Below are positions 1 through 12,948 of a DNA stretch of 64,000 bases, one piece after another. Positions within the stretch are counted from its first letter, which is position 1. Each line of letters starts with the position of its first letter. Origin of the DNA: Paraspadella gotoi (Eukaryota; Animalia; Chaetognatha); contig CM119265.1 of the NCBI GenBank assembly GCA_051294375.1, positions 168,376 to 232,375 of the forward strand, written 5' to 3'. The translations under genes and the position numbers were made by a program. The notes under the pieces were generated by a model that saw nothing but the letters and a program-made list of their open reading frames with translations, was not told the origin of the DNA and did not search any database.

Positions 1-1236
1 TAAGTATCTTTGGAACCCCTGCAGTCATCACCACTGATCGTGGCAGCCAGTTCAATTCGGCGCTGTGGAAACAGTTGACAAAGCTCTGCGGGTATAGGCA
101 CCAAATGACCACTGCATACCATCCACAAGCGAACGGCATGGTGGAAAGATTCCACCGAAGACTGAAAGTTAATGGCACTAGCGAAAGACGACCGCGAAAA
201 ATGGTATTGGAAATTGCCACTTACCTTACTAGCGATAAGAACTACCGTCAAGGAAGACATTGGAGCGTCAGCGGCAGATTTGGTGTTTGGCGAGGGTTTA
301 TGCGTTCCAGGCAGCATGCTAGGCGAGGACCAACCAGACAACAACAACCTCAACCAGCATCGACAAAAACAATTATCGAAACTCAGAGTTGAGANNNNNN
401 NNNNACAACCGACGCAAACTTCCGCCCATCAACGACCGCCAGTCCATCTCCCGGCGAATCTAGATTCAGCAAAATTCGTTTTTGTACGTCGAGCAGGCGT
501 ACAGCCACCATTGGTGCCTCCCTACGAAGGCCCCTATCGTGTTATCAACAGAAACGGACTCAACATGACGATCGAGATTCCAAGCGTCGGTCGAGAAGTC
601 ATTAATATCGCCAGAATCAAGCCGGCATGGATTAACGACGAGGAACAGGAGATCGACGATCCAGAGGCCCAACCAGAGAGGCGCCCTGGCCGTCGACCGG
701 GCGTCAGATCGCGACAACCAGCTCCAACAACGCGGATAACGCGTTCAAATCGATCAGCAAATCAGCGAGCATCATCGCCGCCTCCTCCTCTTCCTCCTCC
801 TCCTCCTCCTCCTTCTCCCCCAACTACCCCAACCCNNNNNNNNNNTCCCCAACCTTCCCCCAACCCACCCATATCCCCTCAACGCTTTTTCCTCCCATCT
901 TCGCATTCTCCCAGCCCTCCACGCGAAGAGACTTCGTCATCGAAGGAAAAGGCAAAGAACAACAACAACAACAGCGGAGAAAACCCAGAGAATGAGCCAA
1001 CGTGTAGGTTTTCTAAGCCTACATCCGAGAACTTCTCCAATAGGCCTTACAGCACGAAACCACGTCCTACTTACGCTGTTGCACTGAAAGAAATGATACA
1101 AAGAAACCAATACGACAACAACAACAAAGACAAAAACAAAAATGACAAAAAACAACAAAAACCTCCGCTGTCGGGCCTAATCAACCGCCGGAGTCAGTCT
1201 TTGTCCTCTTCCTCCATCAGCGTCCACAGGCATTGA
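1..1236 (+). CDS. pol: pol C-terminus (integrase core, GPY/F, Pro-rich tail), split by one frameshift
   Basis: ORFs 75-392 and 172-1236; homologous to the intact pol at 58062-61943. Confidence 0.88.
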
Positions 1237-1524
1237 CTCCGACAGCCGATACACCCATTATTGTAATAATGTATATAGAATTTTGTAATTTTTGAAATTT
1301 TGTAATTGAATGACGCGGAACGCAGCGACCGGAAAACGGCAAACGGCATTTCGAAACGGCGACCGGAAACGGAAAACGGCGAACGGAAACGCGATTCTAT
1401 TTTAGTAATTATACCCCGAATATTAATTTTGTATTATATGTAGCCAACATTCAATTCATCATACTAGACGACAGCAATGATTTTATATATTAGTTAAACC
1501 CCATAATATTCCAACAGCGGGGGA

Positions 1525-2282
1525 TTTAGCTACTCGAATTGAATCGCTCCTAATTAAATGAATTAGAAATCGATTGTCCGGCGCCAGGATTCGATCCTGG
1601 GATTCGAGTCCCGGGAAACCGGGTGCCTTTCAGCCCGTGGCCATCCAGGTAGCTGAAAACCAGATCATCTAAACTCGAAATAGTGATTCAAACTATGTTC
1701 GAAATCTTTTGTTTTCATTCTAAACTAGTTTAGTCTGATCAGAGATGGCCAAACTTATTTAAAATCTTTTTTGTTTATCGATTCTGCAGTTTTGTTTACT
1801 TTATCAAATGTTTCTTACTGAGCTAACTCAGTGCTGATCTCTCATCTTGAATAAATCAAATATCAAGAAATACTGCTTTTTAATTCTTTGTCAAAAATGT
1901 AAAATTACATTGCGATAGACAAGAAACTTTTTTTCCTGACTAGTCTCAAGAATTGATATGTGAATACTAATGAAATTCGATATCTTCTAAAGTATGAACC
2001 TAATGGTCTCAAACTTTTATTTCACATACTCATAAGAGGATCATCCCTACGAATTTCTACTATCAGAAATATCATCATAAGTCTCTATCACAAAGTTATG
2101 ACATTGATAAAATCGCGAAAATTCTAGGGACTACTCATTTTCGCCAAAATTGAATCAGCGCTAAATCGATCGAATTCCAACATAAGTGAAGTACGTTCCT
2201 TGCGACAACGAAGTTCTTAGCATATTGTCACTCCAGTTGCCACGACCTACGCCACGCTTTGGCGTCCTACTTGCGTGCCACA
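1525..2282 (+). repeat. 3' LTR of element A (TT...CA termini)
   Basis: Starts right after the PPT, ends GCCACA at the telomere junction, and has the same layout as the other LTRs. Confidence 0.8.
1575..1653 (-). ncRNA. tRNA-like Pol III module in LTR A (antisense)
   Basis: Minus strand: A-box-like TGGCCACGGG, CCCGG/CCGGG stem, T-arm CCAGG-ATCGAAT-CCTGG. Confidence 0.6.
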
Positions 2283-2894
2283 ACTCTAACCTAACCCTAA
2301 CCCTAACCTAACCCTAATCCTATACCTAATACCCTAACCTAAACCCTAAGCCCTAACCCTAACCCCAACCCTACCACCTAACCCTAACCTAACCCTAACC
2401 CTAACCCTAACCCTAACCCTATACGACAGCGCCTAACCCTAACCTCTAACCCTAACCATAACCTTAACCCTAACCTTAACCCTAACCCTAACCCCTAACC
2501 CTAACCCTAACCCTCTAACCCTAACCCTAAACCTTAACCCTAACCCTAAAGCCTAACCCTAAAACCCCCTAACCCTAACCCTAACAACCTAAACCACCTA
2601 ACCCTAACCCCTAACCCTAACCCTACACCTAACCCTAACCCTCGCTAACCCTAACCCTTAACCCTAACCCTAACCCTAACCCTAACCCCTACTACCCTAA
2701 ACCCTAACCCTAACCCTAACCCTCACCCCTAACCCCTAACCTAACCCTAACCTTAACCCCTAACCCCTAAACCTAACCCTAACCCTAACCCTAACCCCTA
2801 ACCCTAAACCCTACACCTAACCTAACCCTAACCCTAACCCCCTAACCCTAACCACTCTAACCCTTAACCCTAACCTATACCCTAACCCTAACCC
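2283..2894 (-). repeat. Telomeric repeat tract (CCCTAA)n
   Basis: Directly visible, with indels. Confidence 0.98.
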
Positions 2895-3542
2895 TGTGGC
2901 AAGCCTCCAGAGGCCGACCACAGCGTGACGAAGGAGGCGTGACAACTGGAGTGTCACGTGACTAAGCTTGATTGGTCAACGGAGCTTGATCGTTGAACAA
3001 TGATTGGCGCAGGGAAAGCGTGACCGATTAACAATTAAATGTTTCTTTGTTTGAAGATATTTGTTTATCTTTACACATGATGAAGTTTACAAGTGTTTTT
3101 GTAGACTTTTATTTATTTGAGAATAACATTATTTTTGTTTGAGTTTTATATTGTACATTCTTTTATAATGTATTTTATTACATTAACATAGTCGATAAAG
3201 AGAAGTCGAGATAAAAGTATATAATGATGTATTCATGAGTAAAAGACAGAACTGATTTCAATCAGTTTAACAACCAATAAAGTAAACAATCAGTTACAGA
3301 GCCATAAAACAAATGCTAAGTATCATCTGACATCTTCAGTGGATCAGTTTAATTTGAAGAAAACAAAAGATCTTGATTTTGTTTATAAGTCTTTACTTTG
3401 AAGAATTTTGTTTGGGAAATGAATAGCCGCCTGGTTGGCTAAGGGCTGGAAGTCCTGGCATCCCACGAGACTCGATACCGGTTATATCCCCGGTGGAGCG
3501 CAATTTATTCCTAAATGAAATAGATCCATTCGAGTGGCCACA
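2895..3542 (-). repeat. 3' LTR of element B
   Basis: 6-bp terminal inverted repeats; matches 9025-9392 and 12219-12258. Confidence 0.92.
3426..3501 (+). ncRNA. tRNA-like Pol III module in LTR B (antisense; noisy)
   Basis: GCCGCCTGGTTGGCTAAGGG...ACCGGTTATATCCCCGG, homologous to the modules in LTRs A, C and G. Confidence 0.5.
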
Positions 3543-3800
3543 TCCCCCTCTGTTGAAATATATGGGTTAATATTACAATAAATTGTTGTCGTCCATTCGA
3601 ATAGATTATAAGAAATGATGATAAATAATTCAATATTATATAATGGGGGTAATAAAAATAAAAATAGACTCTGACCGACTTGACTTGAAATTAAAATTCG
3701 AAATACAAAAAAATTAAAATATTTGAATCGAAAACGACTCAAAAAATATCAAAACGATCAAAAATAGCCAAAATAAAATACTGAAATACTGAAAATACTT

Positions 3801-6800
3801 TCATACGGGTAAATATGATGTCAACTGTCGGAGTCGCCGCCGGGATTGACGTGAGAGAAGATGGAAAAGACCAGACTCCGGCGGTTGACTAGGCCAATAT
3901 GGGGATTTTGTGTATTTGTTTTTGGTTTTTGTCGTTGTTGTTGATTGTTTTCGATTTGTTGGCGTTGTAACATCTCTCTGAGTACGATGCATATGTAGGG
4001 GCGAATATATGGTCGATTGGAGAAGTTTTGTCAGGCGTTGGCTTCGAAAAACGGCACGTTGGCTCATTTTATCTCTTTTTCGAAGTTGTTGTTGTTGTGA
4101 TTTTCCCCTCTTCTCGCTTTTGGCGGAGATGCTTCACGTGGAACGCGGGGAGTGTGAAGGAGATGACAAAAGCGTTGAGGTGATATAGGCGGGTCTGCGG
4201 AAGGTTGAGGAAGTGTTGGGGTGGGTTGGGGAGGGAGAGGAGGAGGAGGAGGAGGAGGAGAAGGAGGAGGAGAAGGCGACGCCGCGCGTTGATTTGTCGA
4301 GCGAGTTTTTCTCGTTGTTTGAGCGGGTTGACGAGTTCTTATACCGGGTCTTCGACCTGGTAATCGCTCTGGGCGTGGTTCTGAGTTGTCGACGTCGATG
4401 TCTTCATCGCTTATCCACGCCGGTTTGACGCGGGCGATGTTAATCGTTTCTCGTCCCTTGCTAGGTATCTCTATAGTCATATTGAGTCCATTACGATGTA
4501 TTACTCTGTATGGGCCTTCGTAAGGAGGTATAAGTGGAGGTTGAACGCCGGCGCGCTTGACAAATACATATTTGGCTGAGTCTAAGGCCGCTGGGATATG
4601 TACCGCTGGCTTACGATGAGCAGAGGTAGCTGTCGGCTGAAGTCGAGCGACTTCTAAACGAAGTTTCGATAATTGTTGTTTTCGTTGTCGATTTAGCGAG
4701 GCGTCGTCGTTTTGTGGATCTGCAAGCATGCTTCAGGGACCGCCAAAAGCCCTCCGCCGAAAACTAGATCCGCTGCCGATGCTCCTATGTCCTCTTTAAC
4801 CGTTGTTCGAATGGCAAGAAGTGTTAGAGGCAGTTTCCAGTACCATTGTTCTTTCTCCTCGTTGGCTAACGCGATTAAAGATTCTTTGAGCCTTCTATGA
4901 AATCTTTCGACAAGCCCGTTTGCCTGTGGGTGATATGCAGTTGTCGTTTGGCTTTTAATTCCCCACTGCCTCGTCAGCTGACGCCATAACGCGGAGGTGA
5001 ACTGGCTTCCTTTGTCCGTAGTGATGATTGAAGGTGTGCCAAATACACTAATCCAGTTAAGGCTGAGTGCGTCGAGAATTGTCGGAGTTAAAGTATCTTT
5101 AATCGGGATGGCGGCCGGCCATCTCGAAAATCTATCCACTATCGTTAGTAGATGTGTGAAGCCATTGGATTTGGGCATCTTGACCAAATCGATATTGAGG
5201 TGTTGAAAACGCCGTGCTGGAACTTGGAATTCGCCGATCTCAGGGATTGTGTTTTTTGTCACTTTTGCCCGCTGGCAAGCGACGCAGTCTCTTGCCCAGC
5301 GGGACACGTCTTGTCTCATCCCCGTCCAAACGAATTTCGCTGCGACGGCCTTGCGCGTAGCGTCCACTCCAGGATGGCCGAGTCCGTGAATTACGTCGAA
5401 TATTTTCCGACGCCATGATTTAGGTACGAAAGGGCGTGCCGGGCCGTTAGAAACGTCAACGAGTAGATCATGATTTCCCGTTTTGATTTTTCTAAAGCTG
5501 AGGCCGCTTCTCNNNNNNNNNNTGATTCGCTGGAACTCTGGATCTAGTATCTGCTCCCGGGCCATTTGCTCAAAGTCTATCTCAAAAGAAGTGAGGGAGG
5601 CGATGACGGCGTTGATGTCTTCTAGTCGATTCGATTTGACTAGTTTTTCTCTTTTTTCTTCGCTTTTCGAAGCATTATTCGCTAATTCCGCTGACGTCGA
5701 TTTTTCGGTAGCTGTCTTTTGGCCGGAAATCGAGGCGTAAGTACTTTTTACCAAAGTTTCGTCGCTCTCTTCGTCAAGGATATTGAGAGGGTCATTGGTA
5801 GCTGTCTTTTGGCCTGCAAATGAAGTCGGAATTATTGTCGAGAGATTTTCTATCGCCGTTTCTTCGTTTTTTCCCTTCGCGATGGAGTTTAAATCTCCGG
5901 TAGCTGGCTTTTGGCATGATTTTATGGCCGGGAGTTTTTCTTTCGCGATTTTCTCGTTTTCGACGCCGTTTTTCTTTGTCGAATCGATCGGCGTGGCGTT
6001 TGGGCGTGACAGGGCGTCCGCCNNNNNNNNNNCCTTCCCTTTTAAGTATCGCACATCCGTGGTAAACTCAGCGATTGTGGACAACTGGTACGATTGTCGC
6101 ATCGTCTGCGGTTCTGTCTTTTTCCTGATGGCAGATACTAAACTCTGGTGATCGGTATATAGGGTGAAGGCCCTGCCTTCCACCCAATGACGAAAATGTC
6201 TTACCGCCCTGAACGCTCCGAATAACTCGCGATCAAAAGGCGGCCAGAGTTTCTGGTTTTTGGCCAGTTTCGCGGAAAAAAACGCTAAGGGTTCCCAACC
6301 CTTAGGTCCTCGCTGTTCCAAGACGGCGCCGACGGCGTGATCTGACGCGTCCGTCGTTATGCATAATTGCGCCCCCGTACGTGGGTGGTGAAGCAACGCT
6401 GCTGAGATCAGACCTTCTTTGATGGCGTTGAAGGCGTTTTCACATTCTTCAGTCCACTTCAAGGTCTTGGGTTTGCCGCTTAGAGCCTCATAAAGGGCAG
6501 AACAACGATGTGCTACTCGTGAGATAAACCTCCTGTAGTAATTAACCATTCCAAGGAACCTTTGGAGTTCCTTGATGGTTGTTGGTCTCGTTGTCTCTTT
6601 GAGAGTTTGCACTCGTTCTGGGAGAGGTCGAACGCCATGTCGATCTACTAGAAATCCGAGGAATTCTAGCGAGTCTTGTCCTAGCAAGCATTTCTTTGTA
6701 TTGACGACTAAGCCACTTTCGTCTAATGCTTTGAAGACACGCTCCAAGTCTTGCAAGTGCTCTTCCGGCGATGATGATGCAACGAGGATATCGTCCAAAT

Positions 6801-7812
6801 ACACAAAGGTATGAGGGATATCCCCTAGGATTTCATCCATCATTCGCTGGAAGTCTTGTCCAGCATTTTTCAGGCCAAACGGGCAGCGTGGAAAGACATA
6901 AAGCCCAAACGGCGTTATGACGGCCGTTTTTTTAACGTCGTCGGGATTTACTGGGATTTGATGGTATCCCTTTAATAAGTCGATCTTTGAAAAAATCGTC
7001 TTTCCCTCGAGTTGAGCATTGAAGTCAGACAGCAACTTCACTGGATATCTGTCTTCCACGGTTTGTGCATTCAATCTTCTGTAATCTCCACAACATCTCC
7101 AACCGCCGTCTGGCTTGGAGACGACGTGGAGAGGCGAAGACCACTCGGATTTACCTCGCTTGGCAATGCCAAGCGATACCATTTTTTCTAACTCGCGTTT
7201 GGCGACGGCGAGTTTCTCTGGGTCTAATCTCCGAGCTCGAGATTGACAAGGGCGCCCTTCTGTATGGATCGAANNNNNNNNNNCATGTTTAGGCTCCTTT
7301 AGCTCGAAGGTGGGAGTTGAGAGAGAGGGGAAAGATTCGAGAAGCTTATAATACTTTTCTCCCTGTCGATCTACAAAGTTGACGTGTGCTGCTGTTTCAT
7401 TCGAAATAGAGGCAGCGATCGTGGAGTAGTTTTTTAAATCGATGAGGAGCCCGTCTTTGTGATTTGGTGCTAGGAAATTCTCGGCCAGAAAATCTGCACC
7501 GAGAATGTACTGTTTAACGTCACTACTACGAAACTGTACTCGAATTTTCGATTCCCGTTGCACTATTCTGTCCACCGTTCCAAAACAATCGATTGATGAA
7601 CCATTAGCCGCTTGCAGCTTAAGGTTTGGATCTGGGCCTTTAAGGCGTTGTTGTTTGTTTGGTGGAATAATTGATAGTATTGCTCCTCCATCGACCAGCC
7701 ATCTCGTTCCGTCCCCGGCGTCCCTGATGAATATTAGATTGTTTGACGCCGGTGAATTGGTCGAGGATTGGGGAACGGCGTTCACCGTCGACGTCCCCCC
7801 CTGCCGTTTCCC
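3801..7812 (-). CDS. pol: pol (PR-RT-RH-IN) of element B, with probable sequencing frameshifts near 4700 and 4070
   Basis: ORF 4693-7785 has LVDGGA, YLDD, TDAS, ADALSR, HGLGHPG..C..C and ITTDKG; the tail continues in 4064-4729 and further downstream. The 3' end is approximate. Confidence 0.92.
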
Positions 7813-8846
7813 TCTTTCTCTTTCTTTCTCTGGCTTTCGTTGAACCTCGCGCAGCCTGGCTCACAGGCCCAGGCGTCGTCGCCAAAACGTACATGTTTGG
7901 CGCAAAGCGTCGTCAGTTTTCCTTTGCCTTTGGCCTTCTGAGTTGGAGCTGAGCGTTTTTTGTTTCCAAATTGTTTACGTGGCCGATTGTCGATCGCATT
8001 GACACCTTCGTCTTCCTCTGAGTCGCTGATTTGACAGTCACGAACTGTCTGGTCGACGTTATTTATCAGCGATGAGGTCTGGCGAATTTTGACGTTTCCA
8101 TCCTTGTCGAAATGTCGATCGGCTAATTGGCAAAGTTCGTGGGCTGATAAGTCGTCGGCTTTTTCTTCGAGTTGCCTTCTTATCTCTACTGGTAACTCAC
8201 GTAGTATCTTCTCTTTCCTGATGTCGTCCAGCGTGAGACTCTTCGTTTTTTCTTCAAGCTGAGCGAGCATTTTCGACGGCTTGGTCGCGTCGACGTCGAG
8301 AGAATCGAGGATGTTCGCCGCCTGTTGGCGGCGCGTCAATCCATACTCTTTGCGCAGATACGCTACGAATTGATTCCATGAGGCGTCGGTCGCCTCTCCG
8401 AAGAGGAACTTGTTGATTGTGGGATCTACATTTATTCCAATCTTGGATTCTAAATGAGCGAATTTGTTTTTAGCTGCAGAGATCCCGGCTCTAACATAAG
8501 CTGCTTCGACGCGTTTCAGCCAGATTTCGATGTTATTTGCATCAAAGTCAGGCAGATCAGGCTTTCGATTTGATGCGCGTTCCAACGCGCGTGTGGCGGC
8601 GGCCAGAGCTGCTCTTAGCTCTGTATTTTCGTCCTGCAGGTCACGAGGAGTGGCGGCGGTCGCCATGTCGATATTCCGCGCGTTATTCACTTGGAAGTTG
8701 AATTCTGGCTCTGCGTCAGCAAACGCAGGTGACGTCGATCGCGAGCGAGTTCCTCTACCAAAGCCAATCGGTAGTTGGAGTCTTTCTGCTTCGTCTTGTT
8801 CCCGTTGGGCAGAGCGGAGTCGAGAGCGTACGTCGGATCCGTTCAT
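7782..8846 (-). CDS. gag: Gag with CHCC knuckle
   Basis: LPDFDANNIEIWL capsid-like start; CAKHVRFGDDAWACEPGC = C-x2-H-x9-C-x3-C. Confidence 0.9.
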   Translation of the reverse strand: MNGSDVRSRLRSAQREQDEAERLQLPIGFGRGTRSRSTSPAFADAEPEFNFQVNNARNIDMATAATPRDLQDENTELRAALAAATRALERASNRKPDLPDFDANNIEIWLKRVEAAYVRAGISAAKNKFAHLESKIGINVDPTINKFLFGEATDASWNQFVAYLRKEYGLTRRQQAANILDSLDVDATKPSKMLAQLEEKTKSLTLDDIRKEKILRELPVEIRRQLEEKADDLSAHELCQLADRHFDKDGNVKIRQTSSLINNVDQTVRDCQISDSEEDEGVNAIDNRPRKQFGNKKRSAPTQKAKGKGKLTTLCAKHVRFGDDAWACEPGCARFNESQRKKEKEGNGRGGRRR

Positions 8847-9008
8847 TGAAGAGGTTTTCGTTGGCTCCGTTCAAACGTGGGGAAATAAGAGGGAAAAAGG
8901 TGTGAGAGGATTGGGCGATAAGCTTAATCCCAACTTTTATTCCCAATCTTACCTTGGAGAAGGTAATCTGAAACAGATTCCCCTCGTTTTGATGTTGGTC
9001 CCGTTCGT

Positions 9009-9022
9009 CGTCGGATTCACCA
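9009..9022 (-). promoter_or_regulatory. Primer binding site, tRNA-Trp type
   Basis: TGGTGAATCCGACG, 2 nt after the 5' LTR; resembles the complement of eukaryotic tRNA-Trp 3' ends. Confidence 0.7.
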
Positions 9023-9392
9023 TGTGTGGCAAGCCTCCAGAGGCCGACCACAGCGTGACGAAGGAGGCGTGACAACTGGAGTGTCACGTGACTAAGCTTG
9101 ATTGGTCAAGGAGCTTGATCGTTGAACAATGATTGGCGCAGGGAAAGCGTGACCGATTAACAAATTAAATGTTTCTTTGTTTGAAGATATTTGTTTATCT
9201 TTAACATGATGAAGTTTACAAGTTTTTTGTAGACTTTTATTTAATTGAGAATAAACATTATTTATTGTTTGAGTTTTACTTGTCACTTTCTTTTATAATG
9301 TATTTCTTACATTAACATAGTAGGTAAAAGAAGTCGAGGTAAAAGTATTGATAAAATAATGTATTCGACATGAGATAAAAGACAAGACTGAT

Positions 9393-12300
9393 TTCTTGCG
9401 CGTGGAAGGCGGGGAGAATTAAGGAGATGACAAAAAGCGTTGAGGTGATATAGGCGGGTCTGCGGAAGGTTGAGGAAGGGTTGGGGTGGGTTGGGGAGGG
9501 AGGAGGAGGAGGGAGGAGGAGGAGGAGGAGGAGAAGGAGGAGGAGAAGGCGACGCCGCGCGTTGATTTTGTCGAGCGAGTTTTTCTCGTTTGTTTGAGCG
9601 GGTTGACGAGTTCTTATACCGGGGTCTTCGACCTGGTAATGCGTCTGGGCGTGGTTCTGAGTTGTCGACGTCGATGTCTTCATCGCTTATCCACGCCGGT
9701 TTGACGCGGGCGATGTTAATCGTTTTCTCGTCCTTTGCTAGGTATCTCTATAGTCATATTGAGTCCATTACGATGTATTCACCTGTATGGGCCTTCGTAA
9801 GGAGGTATAAGTGGAGGTTGAACGCCGGCGCGTTGACAAATACATATTTTGGCTGAGTCTAAGGCCGCTGGGATATGTACCGCTGGCTTACGATGAGCAG
9901 AGTAGCTGTCGGCTGAGTCGAGCGACTTCTAACGAAGTTTCGATAATTGTTGTTTTCGTTGTCGATTTAGCGAGGCGTCGCGTCGTTTTGTGGATCGCAA
10001 GCATGCTCCCAGGGACGCCAATGCCTTCGCCGAAAACTAGATCGGCTGCCGAGTGCTCCTATGTCCTCTTAACCGTTGTTCGAAATGGCAAGAAGTGTTA
10101 GAGGCAGTTTCCAGTACCATTGTTCTTTCTCCTCTTTGGCTAACGCGATTAAAGATTCTTGTGAGCCTTCTATGAAATCTTTCGACAAGCCCGTTTGCCT
10201 GTGGGTGATATGCAGTTGTCGTTTGGCTTTTATCCCCCACTGCCTCGTCAGCTGACGCCATAACGCGGAGGTGAACTGGCTTCCTTTGTCCGTAGTGGAT
10301 GATTGAAGGTGTGCCAAATACACTAATCCAGTTTAAGGCTGAGTGCGTCGAGGATTGTGCGGAGTTAAAGTATCTTTTAATCGGGATGGCGGCCGGCCAT
10401 CTCGAAAATCTATCCACTATCGTTAGTAGATGTGTGAAGCCATTGGATTGGGGCATCTTGACCAAATCGATATTGAGGTGTTGAAAGCCGTGCTGGAACT
10501 TGGAATTCGCCGATCTCAGGGATTGTGTTTTTTTGTCACTTTTGCCCGCTGGCAAGCGACGCAGTCTCTTGCCCAGCGGGACACGTCTTGTTCTTTCATC
10601 CCCGTCCAAACGAATTTCGCGGCGACGGCCTTGCGGTAGCGTCCACTCCAGGATGGCGCGAGTCCGTGAATTACGTCGAATATTTTCCGACGCCAATATT
10701 TAGGTACGAAGGGGCGTGCCGGGCCGTTAGAAACGTCAACGAGTAGATCATGATTTCCCGTTTTGATTTTTCTAAAGCTGAGGCCGCTTCTCGCTTCCTC
10801 GTTGATTCGCTGGAACTCTGGATCTAGTATCTGCTCCCGGGCCATTTGCTCAAAGTCTATCTCAAAAGAAGTGAGGGAGGCGATGACGGCGTTGATGTCT
10901 TCTAGTCGATTCGATTTGACTAGTTTTTCTCTTTTTTCTTCGCTTTTCGAAGCATTATTCGCTAATTCCGCTGACGTCGATTTTTCGGTAGCTGTCTTTT
11001 GGCCGGAAATCGAGGCGTAAGTACTTTTTACCAAAGTTTCGTCGCTCTCTTCGTCAAGGATATTGAGAGGGTCATTGGTAGCTGTCTTTTGGCCTGAAAA
11101 TGAAGTCGGAATTATTGTCGAGAGATTTTCTATCGCGGTTTCTCTTCGTTTTTTCCCTTCGCGATGGAGTTTAAATCTCCGGTAGCTGGCTTTTGGCATG
11201 ATTTTATGGCCGGGGAGTTTTTCTTTCGCGATTTTCTCGTTTTCGACGCCGTTTTTCTTTGTCGAATCGATCGGCGTGGCGTTTGGGGCGTGACAGGGCG
11301 TCCGCCACGACGTTTGCCTTCCCTTTTAAGTATCGCACATCCGTGGTAACTCAGCGATTGTGGACAACTGGTACGATTGTCGCATCGTCTGCGGTTCTGT
11401 CTTTTTCCTGATGGCGGATACTAAACTCTGGTGATCGGTATATAGGGTGAAGGCCTGCCTTCCACCCAATGACGAAAATGTCTTACCGCCTGAACGCTCC
11501 GAATAACTCGCGATCAAAAGGCGGCCAGAGTTTCTGGTTTTTGCCAGTTTCGCGGAAAAAAAACGCTAAGGGTTCCCAACCCTTAGGTCCTCGCTGTTCC
11601 AAGACGGCGCCGGACGGCGTGATCTGACGCGTCCGTCGTTATGCATAATTGGCGCCCCGTACGTGGTGGTGAGGCAACGCTGCTGAGATCAGACCTTCTT
11701 TGATGGCGTTGAAGGCGTTTTCACATTCTTCAGTCCAATTCAAGGTCTTGGGTTTGCCGCTTAGAGCCTCATAAAGGGCAGAACAACGATGTGCTACTCG
11801 TGAGATAAACCTCCTGTAGTAATTAACCATTCCAAGGAACCTTTGGAGTTCCTTGATGGTTGTTGGTCTCGTTGTCTCTTTGAGAGTTTGCACTCGTTCT
11901 GGGAGAGGTCGAACGCCAGATGTCGATCTACTAGAAATCCGAGGAATTCAGGAGTCTTGTCCTAGCAAGCATTTCTTTGTATTGACGACTAAGCCACTTT
12001 CGTCTAATGCTTTGAAGACACGCTCCAAGTCTTGCAAGTGCTCTTCCGGCGATGATGATGCAAACGAGGATATCGTCCAAATACACAAAGGTATGAGGGA
12101 TATCCCCTAGGATTTCATCCATCATTGCTGGAAGTCTTGTCCAGCATTTTTCAGGCCAAACGGGCAGCGTGGAAAGACATAAAGCCCAAACGGCGTTATG
12201 ACGCGCGTTTTTTTAACGATTTATTCCTAAATGAAATAGATCCATTCGAGTGGCCACATCCCCCTCTGTTGAAATATATGGGTTAATATTACAATAATAC

Positions 12301-12848
12301 TTGTTGTCGTCCATCGAATGAGTGTACAGAATGATGATAAATTAAATTCAATATTATATAATGGGGTAATAAAAATAAAAATAGACTCTGACCGACTTGA
12401 CTTGAAATTAAAATTCGAAAATACAAAAATTAAAATATTTGAATCGAAAACGACTCAAAAAATATTCAAAACGATCAAAAATAGCCAAAAATAAAATACT
12501 GAAATACTGAAATACTTTCAATACGGGTAAATATGATGTCAACTGTCGGAGTCGCCGCCGGGATTGACGTGGAGGAAGATGGAAAAGACCAGACTCCGGC
12601 GGTTGACTAGGCCAATATGGGGATTTTGTTATTGTTTTTGTTTTTGTCGTTGTTGTTGTCATTGTTTTCGATTTGTTGGCGTTGTAACATCTCTCTGAGT
12701 ACGACTGCATATGTGGGGCGAATATATGGTCGATTGGAGAAGTTTTCTGGCGTTGGCTTCGAAAAACGGCACGTTGGCTCATTTATCTCTTTTTCGAAGT
12801 TGTTGTTGTTGTGATTTTCCCCTCTTCTCGCTTTTGGCGGAGATGCTT
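9393..12848 (-). mobile_element. Second, indel-rich, rearranged copy of element B (pol 9393-12218; LTR start, PPT, 3' UTR and IN tail 12219-12848)
   Basis: Near-identical to ~4135-6935 and ~3503-4134 apart from single-base indels. Confidence 0.85.
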
Positions 12849-12948
12849 NNNNNNNNNNNNNNNNNNNNNNNNNNNNNNNNNNNNNNNNNNNNNNNNNNNN
12901 NNNNNNNNNNNNNNNNNNNNNNNNNNNNNNNNNNNNNNNNNNNNNNNN

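Larger units (their letters stand above)
1..2282 (+). mobile_element. Ty3/Gypsy (CsRn1-type) LTR retrotransposon A, 3' part: integrase end, 3' UTR, PPT, 3' LTR
   Basis: Integrase motifs TTAYHPQANGMVERFHR and YEGPYRV; PPT CAGCGGGGGA ending at 1524; LTR 1525-2282 ends GCCACA, followed by telomeric repeat. Confidence 0.9.
2895..9392 (-). mobile_element. Ty3/Gypsy LTR retrotransposon B, near full length
   Basis: 3' LTR 2895-3542 (TGTGGC...GCCACA), PPT 3543-3556, pol, gag, PBS 9009-9022, and a 5' LTR from 9025 matching 2895 onward, broken at ~9392. Confidence 0.93.

Noticed and set aside
1316-1393. GGAAACGG short repeats as a CRISPR-like or functional array
   Set aside because: Irregular low-complexity repeat with no spacers, absent from sibling elements.
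8530-9087. Antisense or overlapping ORFs across gag and pol
   Set aside because: Shadow ORFs of GC-rich coding sequence with no recognisable motifs.
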